Shown piece after piece: positions 1-8,098 of a stretch of DNA of 62,823 nt (positions within the stretch are counted from its first letter, which is position 1; each line of letters starts with the position of its first letter). The DNA comes from a virus (lineage: Duplodnaviria > Caudoviricetes). Below the pieces are notes generated by a model. It was not told the origin of the DNA and did not search any database. It saw only the letters and a list, made by a program, of their open reading frames with translations. The translations under genes and the position numbers were made by a program. Location: positions 1-62,823 of the IMG/VR virus record IMGVR_UViG_3300032284_001165; one strand, given 5' to 3'.

Positions 1-28
1 ACATATATGAACAAGGAGTAACACCGAC

Positions 29-1123
29 ATGGCATCAGCCGTAACAGGTACCGGCAATCTAGCCGCAGCACCTACAGCGTACTCTGGCGCTAACAGCCAG
101 CTTACACAAGCAATTCAGACCATCTGGTCTAAAGAAATTCTATTCCAATCAATGCCTATCTTGCGTTTTGAACAATTCGCAGTTAAGAAGACAGAACTTG
201 GCGTAGCCCCTGGTCTCCAGATCAACTTCATGCGTTATAACAACCTCGGAAACGCTTCTTCACTCGTTGAAGGCGTCCGTATGTCAACAAGCGCATTGAC
301 AGCACAGCAATTCTCAATCACTGTAGCTGAACACGGCTACGCTATTGCAGTATCTGAGCTACTTCTTAACGCATCATTCGATGATGTTATGGCATCAGCT
401 TCACGTCTTCTTGGACGTAACATGGCTCTCTACCTTGATGGCCAGGCTCGTGACACACTTATGGCTGCATCTTCAGTCATCTACGGTGAAGATCGTTCAG
501 GACTCTACTCATCAGTTTCTAACGCTGCTGGTAACAACCTATACGCATACGGCACAGAAGCTACTTCTCGTGCAGAATTGACAGGAAACTCATTCCTCTC
601 AACACGTACCGTTAAGGACGCTGTAGAGACCTTGGCAACCAAGAACATCCCAAGGTTGGGTGAGACTTACGTCGCATTCGTACACCCACACCAATCACGT
701 CGTCTTCGTGATAACTCAGAGTTCATTGAAGTAACCAAGTACGCAGCTCCAGGTAACTTCATGCTAGGTGAAATCGGTCGTCTATATGACACAGTATTCA
801 TCGAAACAACTCAGATCGAAAAGGTAACAAACGGTGCAGGTTCTGGCTACTCAGCTGATTCAGTTGTTGCCCCAGGAGATATCGTTTACCCAACAGGTGG
901 AGGATATACAACTCCTGTTCGCAAGACCGGTAATGGTAACAAAGACCGTTACTCAGCTATCTTCATTGGAGATAACGCATTCGGTCACGCCATCTCACTT
1001 CCAGTAGAACTCCGCGATGGCGGTATTCTAGACTTCGGTCGTGAGCACGCACTTGCTTGGTATGCTATTTACGGTCTTGGTCTTATTACTGACCAGTCTG
1101 TAGTTATTGCAGAAACCAACTAA
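29..1123 (+). CDS. Major capsid protein (N4-gp56-like, HK97 fold)
   Basis: AAGGAG RBS; strongly biased codon usage; motifs IWSKEILFQ, EHGYAIAVSE, HPHQ..LR, GEIGRLY, DFGREHALAWYAIYG typical of N4-gp56-type capsid proteins. Confidence 0.9.
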   Translation: MASAVTGTGNLAAAPTAYSGANSQLTQAIQTIWSKEILFQSMPILRFEQFAVKKTELGVAPGLQINFMRYNNLGNASSLVEGVRMSTSALTAQQFSITVAEHGYAIAVSELLLNASFDDVMASASRLLGRNMALYLDGQARDTLMAASSVIYGEDRSGLYSSVSNAAGNNLYAYGTEATSRAELTGNSFLSTRTVKDAVETLATKNIPRLGETYVAFVHPHQSRRLRDNSEFIEVTKYAAPGNFMLGEIGRLYDTVFIETTQIEKVTNGAGSGYSADSVVAPGDIVYPTGGGYTTPVRKTGNGNKDRYSAIFIGDNAFGHAISLPVELRDGGILDFGREHALAWYAIYGLGLITDQSVVIAETN

Positions 1124-1132
1124 TTTAATACA

Positions 1133-1165
1133 GTGGCTTGGGGGAACGCAAGTCCCCCCAGCTAC
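1133..1165 (+). other. Stem-loop with GCAA tetraloop after the capsid gene (RNA stability or processing element)
   Basis: gtggcttgggggaac-gcaa-gtccccccagctac; no U-tract. Confidence 0.55.
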
Positions 1166-1197
1166 TACCAAACACAACTATAAGGAGAACACTAATC

Positions 1198-1563
1198 GTG
1201 TCAAAAGCAAAAGTATCTGACGTTACAGGACGTCAACGTGAAGAGCAGTTAAAGGCAGTGGCAGAACAGCAAGCCTCTCGTGCAAGCGAGATGTCAATGG
1301 CTACAATAGCCCAGTCATACAAGGATGAGGTAGAGGTTACAGATCTCACCGTATCGTCTAATCCAACAATCATTGATGAAGTAGAAAGCGTGGGTGTATC
1401 CCTAGCTGATGATCAAGTTGTTGTGCGTTTAGCAGAAGACCTTGAACAGATGACATTTGGCTCAGGTAACTATTACTCATTTAAAGCTGGTAAAAAGTAC
1501 AAAGTTTCTAAAGCTTTGGCTAACCATCTTGAAGAAAAGGGTTATCTTTCTAACCGATTGTAA
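1198..1563 (+). CDS. Hypothetical capsid-associated protein
   Basis: GTG at 1198 follows TAAGGAG RBS; the ORF-track start at 1138 lies inside a hairpin; directly follows the capsid gene. Confidence 0.6.
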   Translation: MSKAKVSDVTGRQREEQLKAVAEQQASRASEMSMATIAQSYKDEVEVTDLTVSSNPTIIDEVESVGVSLADDQVVVRLAEDLEQMTFGSGNYYSFKAGKKYKVSKALANHLEEKGYLSNRL

Positions 1564-1588
1564 GAGGACATAGTATCCTCTATAGACC

Positions 1589-1632
1589 GCTTATCCCGAC
1601 AACCGCCCTCCTGTCGGGATAAGCCTTTTTTT
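1589..1632 (+). terminator. Intrinsic terminator with CCTCC-containing loop
   Basis: 13-bp perfect stem gcttatcccgaca/tgtcgggataagc, loop accgccctcc, followed by a T7 tract. Confidence 0.85.
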
Positions 1633-1691
1633 ACCCTGACTAATAGCAGATTTTATTAGATGATTAGCACACTACCTTACTTGGAGGATCA

Positions 1692-2780
1692 GTGACAACT
1701 TTAGCAGCGCTTTCTGATAGATTACGTGCAGAACTTGGTGATACTGCTAGACCTTTTGTCGATACCTTTACAGGTGATGGGGTTACGGTAGAATTTCATC
1801 TCTCACATGCCCCTGTTTTAGGCAGTAGCCTAGTTGTTAAGGTGGGAGCTACAAACGTTTCCTCTACCACTACGGTTAATGAGGGTACTGGAATCATAAT
1901 TTTGGCAACACCACCAGCCAATAACGCAGTCATAACAGTGGCCGGAACAGCTTTTCGTTACTTTACCGATACTGAAATTTGTTATTACGTAAATACGGCT
2001 TTTACTGAACATGCCCAACGCACAACCGATAGCAATGGTAGCCCAGCTAGTATGAGCACTCTTCCTGCTATTGATGAGTACCCAGTGATTATTTTGGCCT
2101 CTACTTTAGCTCTATACACACTGGCTACAGATGCTTCGTTTGATATTGACATAATCTCTCCCGATGGTGTGAGTATTCCACGATCTGAGCGTTATCGTCA
2201 ACTTTCTGAGGTTATTTCTCAACGTAAAGAACAATACAAAGAACTATGTAGCATGCTTGGTATTGGCATGTACCGCATTGAAAACTTTACTTTACGCCGT
2301 ATCAGCCGCCTTACAAATCGTTATGTACCAATCTATCGCCCTCAAGAAGTGGATGATGGGTCTATTCCACAACGTGTATTCCTTCCCATTCCAAACTATG
2401 GGGATGTCACTCCTACTACACCCGCAATCTCTAAAGATCTTTCTCTTTATGCAGGAGATGACTTTGAAGAAATTATTCGTTTTGGCATGGATATTTCAGG
2501 TTACACTCCAGTGGCCCAAGTTCGTTTGTACCCTTCAGTACCAGGAAGTGCTGTAGGCCCAGTTATTATTGGATCCTTTAGCTTTACCAAAACTGCCTCT
2601 GTATCTGGTGGCCCATTAGATACTCTTCATATGACACTGCCTAGTGCAACAACTAAAGACTTTCCAAACGTATCGTACTATGATCTACAGCTAACTTCTC
2701 CTGATGGCAAGGTTAAAACATACACATACGGAAAAGTATTTACTCATGCACAAGTTAGTGAACCTCTAGGACCATTCTAA
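1692..2780 (+). CDS. Head-to-tail adaptor-like virion protein with C-terminal BppU-like domain
   Basis: GGAGG RBS; N-terminal LRAELGD and FTDTEI motifs of adaptors; C-terminal LYAGDDF...YYDLQLT...GKV pattern; position after capsid. Confidence 0.55.
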   Translation: MTTLAALSDRLRAELGDTARPFVDTFTGDGVTVEFHLSHAPVLGSSLVVKVGATNVSSTTTVNEGTGIIILATPPANNAVITVAGTAFRYFTDTEICYYVNTAFTEHAQRTTDSNGSPASMSTLPAIDEYPVIILASTLALYTLATDASFDIDIISPDGVSIPRSERYRQLSEVISQRKEQYKELCSMLGIGMYRIENFTLRRISRLTNRYVPIYRPQEVDDGSIPQRVFLPIPNYGDVTPTTPAISKDLSLYAGDDFEEIIRFGMDISGYTPVAQVRLYPSVPGSAVGPVIIGSFSFTKTASVSGGPLDTLHMTLPSATTKDFPNVSYYDLQLTSPDGKVKTYTYGKVFTHAQVSEPLGPF

Positions 2781-3478
2781 TGACTAACGGCCATCCTTCT
2801 AATTGTGGCTGCAATGTCTGCAACAACGACGTACTATTTATAACAGACAGTGGCCCTGGTGTTGTTGAAATAACATCTGCACCTATTCCAAATCCAATTT
2901 TTCCTGATATCACTAATATTGCTAATGAAGGTCCTGTTGGTATTCAAGGATCAACAGGTTTTCAAGGCGCACAGGGTACACAAGGACGTCAAGGTACTCA
3001 AGGCCTACAAGGTCCAAATGCAGCTATTACTTTTAGCCCAACACCCCCAACAAATCCTTTACTAGGAGACCGTTGGGTAGATTCAAACAGTGGCCTTGAA
3101 TACACCTGGATCTATGATGGTAATGGCTATCAATGGGTTGAAGTTTCAGCCAGTGGCTTTATTGGGGCTCAAGGAACTCAAGGATCTATTGGGTTACCCG
3201 GCCCACAAGGCGTACAGGGAACAACGGGTATTCAAGGTTTCCTTGGTTTCCAAGGAACACAAGGAACACAAGGCACTACCCCACTTGTTTCCTTTGTATA
3301 CACACAATCACCGGCATCAGATACTTGGGTTATTGAACATAATTTAAGTTTCTACCCTAACATTACAGTGTTAGATTCTGCTGGTACAATTCTAGAAGGT
3401 GAAATATCGTATACAAACTCTAACTCTCTTACCCTATACTTCTCGGCATCTTTCGCTGGAACAGCATACTTATCTTAA
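2780..3478 (+). CDS. Collagen-like (Gly-X-Gln) fibre protein
   Basis: Two G-X-Q tracts around a PP.NP..GDRWVDS linker; C-terminal WVIEHNL.FYP domain. Confidence 0.7.
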   Translation: MTNGHPSNCGCNVCNNDVLFITDSGPGVVEITSAPIPNPIFPDITNIANEGPVGIQGSTGFQGAQGTQGRQGTQGLQGPNAAITFSPTPPTNPLLGDRWVDSNSGLEYTWIYDGNGYQWVEVSASGFIGAQGTQGSIGLPGPQGVQGTTGIQGFLGFQGTQGTQGTTPLVSFVYTQSPASDTWVIEHNLSFYPNITVLDSAGTILEGEISYTNSNSLTLYFSASFAGTAYLS

Positions 3479-3492
3479 GGAGATAAAAAGCT

Positions 3493-4737
3493 ATGGCACG
3501 TAAATTTTTAACTAACATTGACCTAAGTCAATTAGAGCTTCAGAATGCTGCCATACAAAATTTGGCTGCTGCTCCTGCTGATCCAGTTGTAGGTCAAATT
3601 TATTTTGATACCGTTCTTGGCTATCTTCGTGTTTGGGATGGCGCTGAATGGCTAAATACTTCTACAGGAGCTCAAGGAACTACAGGTACCCAAGGTATCC
3701 AGGGCTTTGATGGTACTCAAGGAACACAAGGCATTCAAGGCTTTGATGGCACACAGGGTACGCAAGGTATTCAAGGCTTTGATGGTACGCAAGGTACTCA
3801 AGGCATTCAAGGATTTGACGGTACTCAAGGTACTCAGGGAATCCAAGGTTTTGATGGAACACAAGGAACCACGGGTGCACAAGGTACTCAAGGCACACAG
3901 GGAACTCAAGGAATCCAAGGTACCCAAGGTGTACAGGGTATGCAAGGAACTAATGCTGGAATTCTTTCAGTAGGCACTGGTCTTAACCTTGATGGAATGA
4001 CTGGCGAGCTTACAGTTGATGAAACTGTAATTGCTACTAAGTCTTATGTAGATTCAACTGCTCAAGGACTCTTTGTTCTCGGATCAGTTCGTGCGGCTTC
4101 TGATGCAGCACTTGACCTTACAGGAACAACACCAGTTGTTGGCGGAGTAACTCTTGCTAATAATGACCGTGTACTTGTTAAAGACCAAGCAACTGCTACT
4201 GAAAACGGAATTTACATCTTTAATTCCACAACAAGTACACTAGTTGCTTCTACAAACGTTGAAGATATGGACCTAAAAGAGGGTTCATACACACTTGTAA
4301 CTGAAGGAACTGCTGCAGCTCAAGGTTGGCTTATTACTAACTACACAGGTGGAGCATCTACTTGGACACAATTCTCAGCCGCAGGTGAGTATACCGAAGG
4401 TGATGGAATCCAATTTGTTAGCGGTGCTATTAAAGTAAAACTTGATGGTACATCTGGTTTATCAGAATCCGCTAGCGGCCTTAAAATTGATACTTCTATT
4501 GTTGTACGTAAGTTTGCTGCGGATATTAGTGGTGATGGCTCTACAACTTCGTTCTTAATTAATCACAACTTAGGAACAACAGAAGTAGAAGTGGTCGTGT
4601 ACTCTTATGAAACATCACAAGAGGTTGTAACCGACATGACTGTTTCTGATGTGAATAACGTGTATATCGGTTTTGGAGCTGCCCCTGGAGTAGTCTCTGG
4701 AACTGTTAATAAATACCGCGTTGTAGTGCACGCCTAA
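3493..4737 (+). CDS. Collagen-like fibre/whisker protein
   Basis: GQIYFDT N-domain; G-X-Q repeat; DRVLVKDQ..A.ENGIY fibre motif; C-terminal HNLGT domain. Confidence 0.75.
   Translation: MARKFLTNIDLSQLELQNAAIQNLAAAPADPVVGQIYFDTVLGYLRVWDGAEWLNTSTGAQGTTGTQGIQGFDGTQGTQGIQGFDGTQGTQGIQGFDGTQGTQGIQGFDGTQGTQGIQGFDGTQGTTGAQGTQGTQGTQGIQGTQGVQGMQGTNAGILSVGTGLNLDGMTGELTVDETVIATKSYVDSTAQGLFVLGSVRAASDAALDLTGTTPVVGGVTLANNDRVLVKDQATATENGIYIFNSTTSTLVASTNVEDMDLKEGSYTLVTEGTAAAQGWLITNYTGGASTWTQFSAAGEYTEGDGIQFVSGAIKVKLDGTSGLSESASGLKIDTSIVVRKFAADISGDGSTTSFLINHNLGTTEVEVVVYSYETSQEVVTDMTVSDVNNVYIGFGAAPGVVSGTVNKYRVVVHA
3685..3864 (+). repeat. Five tandem 36-nt units encoding GTQGIQGFDGTQ
   Basis: Units begin at 3685, 3721, 3757, 3793 and 3829; identical peptide, divergent third codon positions. 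Confidence 0.9.
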
Positions 4738-4765
4738 AAACTAACTATTTTAGGAGTTCAGTATT

Positions 4766-5050
4766 ATGGCCCGTAAGTTTGTCGTACCGATTGGTCTGCT
4801 CGCTTCTGCGACCGACCCTACGGGCCATAACGTTGGCGACACGTATTTTAACACCGCAATAAGTGCAATAAAAATTTATGATGGCGTTTCTTGGATTATA
4901 AGTTATGGCGCTGTACAGGGAACAACTGGTAGCCAGGGAACAACAGGTACTCAAGGATTAACAGGTCTACAGGGTTTAACGGGTTCACAAGGAACCCAAG
5001 GTATAACTGGCTCATTTTCAGGAACAACTATTGATGGGGGTACAGCATGA
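4766..5050 (+). CDS. Short collagen-like protein (MARKF N-terminus paralogous to 3493; ends IDGGTA)
   Basis: AGGAG RBS; shared MARKF/GDTYFNT N-domain; G-X-Q tract. Confidence 0.7.
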   Translation: MARKFVVPIGLLASATDPTGHNVGDTYFNTAISAIKIYDGVSWIISYGAVQGTTGSQGTTGTQGLTGLQGLTGSQGTQGITGSFSGTTIDGGTA

Positions 5051-6726
5051 TTGACTTCCCAGTAGGGGCAGAAGTTGGGTTTATTTACACAGTTGGTGAT
5101 CGCTCTTGGCAGTGGACCGGTGTTGCATGGAAAGCTGTATCAACTACCTATGGTCCCCAAGGTATACAAGGTTTATCTGGAGCACAAGGTGCAGATGGTT
5201 TGCAAGGAGCTGATGGTGCTGGTGCTCAAGGTGCTCAAGGAAGTAGTGGACTGGGTACACAGGGTTCCACAGGTATTCAGGGTATTAGTGGTGCTCAAGG
5301 CATTGGTGGTTTTCAAGGAACTCAAGGTATTGTTGGAGCTGGAACACAGGGTGCAACCGGTATTCAAGGCGCAACAGGTGTTCAAGGACATTATGGACTA
5401 CAAGGTGATTTAGGTGCTCAAGGCATTCAAGGAGTACAAGGTGGGTACGGCATACAAGGTGCTCAAGGAATTCGTGGTAATCAAGGTGTACTTGGTAACC
5501 AAGGAATAACTGGTAATCAAGGTATTCAAGGTTTTGTTGGAATTATTGGATCACAAGGTGTTCAGGGATTTACTGGATCTACAGGAATTCAAGGTCGTAC
5601 AGGACCACAAGGAGACACTGGCTCTTTAGGATTTCAAGGCGTTCAAGGCAACCAAGGTATACAAGGTTTGCAAGGTTTGCAAGGTTTGCAAGGTGGAGGA
5701 TTTAACCAGTTACAAGGTATTCAAGGTTCAATAGGTAATCAAGGTATCCAAGGCATAACTGGATTGCAAGGCGTACACGGTATACAGGGTATTCAAGGAC
5801 AAGCTATCCAAGGAACAACCGGGGCGCAGGGAACGCAAGGCGCTATCGGTACACAGGGACAGTATGGAAATCAAGGTGTTCAAGGTATAAGTATCCAAGG
5901 CACAGTTGGTCCACAAGGCGTTCAGGGAGTACAAGGCGCACACGGTGTACAAGGATATGGTTTTTCCCAATTACAAGGTGTTCAAGGTAATCAGGGTACC
6001 CAAGGTAACCTCGGTATCCAAGGTTACTATGGCTTACAAGGTATACAAGGAAATTATGGTCCACAAGGTGTTCAGGGCAATTTAGGAATACAAGGGTCTT
6101 TTGGTGTACAGGGTTATCAAGGTTTCTTAGGTAACCAGGGTACTCAAGGTATTCAGGGCATTCAAGGCAACCAAGGAACACATGGTGTTCAAGGTAACTA
6201 TGGTGTACAAGGAATCCAAGGTCTACAAGGACTACAAGGTTACATTGGACTACAAGGTTTTGTAGGAATTCAAGGTTTCTACGGATTACAAGGTATTCAG
6301 GGAATTCAAGGATTGCAAGGTGTTCTTGGTCTTAAAGGTGACCCTGGTACATCCGTAACAATTTTGGGAACCTACCCAGATTATGCATCTTTAGTTGCTG
6401 ATCATCCAACAGGTAGCCCAGGAGATGGTTACTTAATTGCGGGAAATCTTTGGGTATGGGAAGGCACCGCATGGGTTAACGTAGGAACTATTCAAGGCCC
6501 ACAAGGTATCCAAGGAAACAGTGGTGCCGATGGTGTTCAGGGTGTGCAGGGACTTCTAGGTCTACAAGGATCTACGGGCGTAATCGTAGCAAACCCGCCT
6601 TTAAACTATAGCTCGGGAAGTTTAACAATTGCATATGGCGTAGGATTAACCATTAGTGGTACGGCCCTGTCACTAGACAGTACTGTTCTTACCACTAATA
6701 CAGGAATTGATGGGGGTTCGGCCTAA
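5047..6726 (+). CDS. Long collagen-like (Gly-X-Gln) fibre protein
   Basis: Roughly 400 aa of near-continuous G-X-Q; GDGYLI..LWVW...W.NVG.IQGPQG module; ends IDGGSA. Confidence 0.8.
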   Translation: MIDFPVGAEVGFIYTVGDRSWQWTGVAWKAVSTTYGPQGIQGLSGAQGADGLQGADGAGAQGAQGSSGLGTQGSTGIQGISGAQGIGGFQGTQGIVGAGTQGATGIQGATGVQGHYGLQGDLGAQGIQGVQGGYGIQGAQGIRGNQGVLGNQGITGNQGIQGFVGIIGSQGVQGFTGSTGIQGRTGPQGDTGSLGFQGVQGNQGIQGLQGLQGLQGGGFNQLQGIQGSIGNQGIQGITGLQGVHGIQGIQGQAIQGTTGAQGTQGAIGTQGQYGNQGVQGISIQGTVGPQGVQGVQGAHGVQGYGFSQLQGVQGNQGTQGNLGIQGYYGLQGIQGNYGPQGVQGNLGIQGSFGVQGYQGFLGNQGTQGIQGIQGNQGTHGVQGNYGVQGIQGLQGLQGYIGLQGFVGIQGFYGLQGIQGIQGLQGVLGLKGDPGTSVTILGTYPDYASLVADHPTGSPGDGYLIAGNLWVWEGTAWVNVGTIQGPQGIQGNSGADGVQGVQGLLGLQGSTGVIVANPPLNYSSGSLTIAYGVGLTISGTALSLDSTVLTTNTGIDGGSA

Positions 6727-6770
6727 TTGAAAAAGTTAGTGTTGTATACTAGTTCTCTAAGGAGCCATAA

Positions 6771-7895
6771 ATGACAGTACAAACAGTTATTAAACACCGC
6801 CGCGATACTGCGGCTAACTGGACTGCTGCCAACCCTACACTAGCTGCAGGTGAAATTGGCGTTGAAATTGATACACTTAAGTTTAAGATTGGTGATGGCG
6901 GTACTGCATGGACTGTTCTTGCATATCAGAATACACAAGGCCCACAAGGTATCCAGGGATTACAAGGACTTCAAGGTAATGCTGGCTATGTAGGTAGCGA
7001 CGGTGCACAAGGTCTACAGGGTAGACAAGGAACTCAAGGTGTGCAAGGCACACAAGGAATCCAAGTTCAAGGAACACAAGGTATCCAGGGTAATATTGGT
7101 ACACAAGGAATTGTAGCCTCAAGTACTGCTCCAACAAATACCTCTATTTTATGGGTTGATACCTCTCAAACATCTCTTACATCAGTAAGTGGTGGAACCG
7201 TAACAAGAGATACAAATATACAACTCCGCAGAGACACCGCTGCAAACTGGACTTCATCAAACCCTACGCTTGCAGTTGGTGAAACTGGTTTTGAAACTGA
7301 TACTGGTTATTCAAAGACAGGTAATGGTTCAACTGCTTGGACAAGTTTACAATATGGTAACTTTCAACAATTTAAACGCGGGTATATTTCTCAAGCTTGG
7401 TACTACGGAGGATTTGCTGGCAGTGGTGGAACAAATAGTGCTATAACGCAAAATACTTTACACGCCATACCATTTTATGTAGGTAACACAACAACTTTTG
7501 ATAGAATAGGTATTAATGGTGTTGGCGGTGCTGCTGGAACAGTACGCCTAGGAATTTACTTAGATAACAATGGTTTACCTGGAACACTTTTGGCAGACTA
7601 TGGAACTGTTAGCATGGGCGGAAGTGGTTTTCTTTCTATTACAATTTCTCCAACATTGTCTGGAATAGTATGGTTAGCGGCTGTGTCACAGGGTGCAGGA
7701 TGTACTACTAGTACAGTGGGTTTCATGTATAACCCATTTATTGGAAATACAGATAGTCCTTATGCTAGTGGTGCAAGTGGAACAGGATATTATCAGACAG
7801 GTGTGAGCGGGTCATTACCCTCGACGTGGGGAAGTACATTTAACATATTAAGAGCTGGAACGATTACTCCCGCAATATATATGAGGACGGTATAA
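6771..7895 (+). CDS. Tail fibre/receptor-binding protein with two Mtd-N/hyaluronidase-like N-domains
   Basis: Two copies of RRDTAANWT..NPTLA.GE.G.E.DT...K.G.G.TAW separated by a collagen tract; beta-rich C-terminal domain. Confidence 0.7.
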   Translation: MTVQTVIKHRRDTAANWTAANPTLAAGEIGVEIDTLKFKIGDGGTAWTVLAYQNTQGPQGIQGLQGLQGNAGYVGSDGAQGLQGRQGTQGVQGTQGIQVQGTQGIQGNIGTQGIVASSTAPTNTSILWVDTSQTSLTSVSGGTVTRDTNIQLRRDTAANWTSSNPTLAVGETGFETDTGYSKTGNGSTAWTSLQYGNFQQFKRGYISQAWYYGGFAGSGGTNSAITQNTLHAIPFYVGNTTTFDRIGINGVGGAAGTVRLGIYLDNNGLPGTLLADYGTVSMGGSGFLSITISPTLSGIVWLAAVSQGAGCTTSTVGFMYNPFIGNTDSPYASGASGTGYYQTGVSGSLPSTWGSTFNILRAGTITPAIYMRTV

Positions 7896-8098
7896 TGGCA
7901 ATTCACATAACTTACGGTGAAGGCGGATTTTGTGAAAATTGTGACCCTAATCACCCCCACCCTTTTAATAATATAGTTGAACAAATTGAAGTACCAGATG
8001 AAATATCTATAGATATACATCCAGATAAAAAATCTGCTATGAATAAATTAATTGCTCTAGGACTGACTGAAGAAGAAATTAAGGGGTTGTTATCATGA
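7895..8098 (+). CDS. Small fibre-associated (chaperone-like) protein
   Basis: Translationally coupled at both ends; ends KLIALGLTEEEI, as in small proteins that follow fibre genes. Confidence 0.5.
   Translation: MAIHITYGEGGFCENCDPNHPHPFNNIVEQIEVPDEISIDIHPDKKSAMNKLIALGLTEEEIKGLLS

Noticed and set aside
1138-1197. ORF-track N-terminal extension of the second gene
   Set aside because: Lies within a hairpin; the RBS supports GTG at 1198
3652-6181. Alternative-frame and antisense ORFs over the collagen genes
   Set aside because: By-products of G-X-Q codon periodicity; no RBS and no independent signal
6727-6750. TTGAAA...TATACT promoter
   Set aside because: Spacing is only 12 nt; the -10 box may be real but the pair is not supportable
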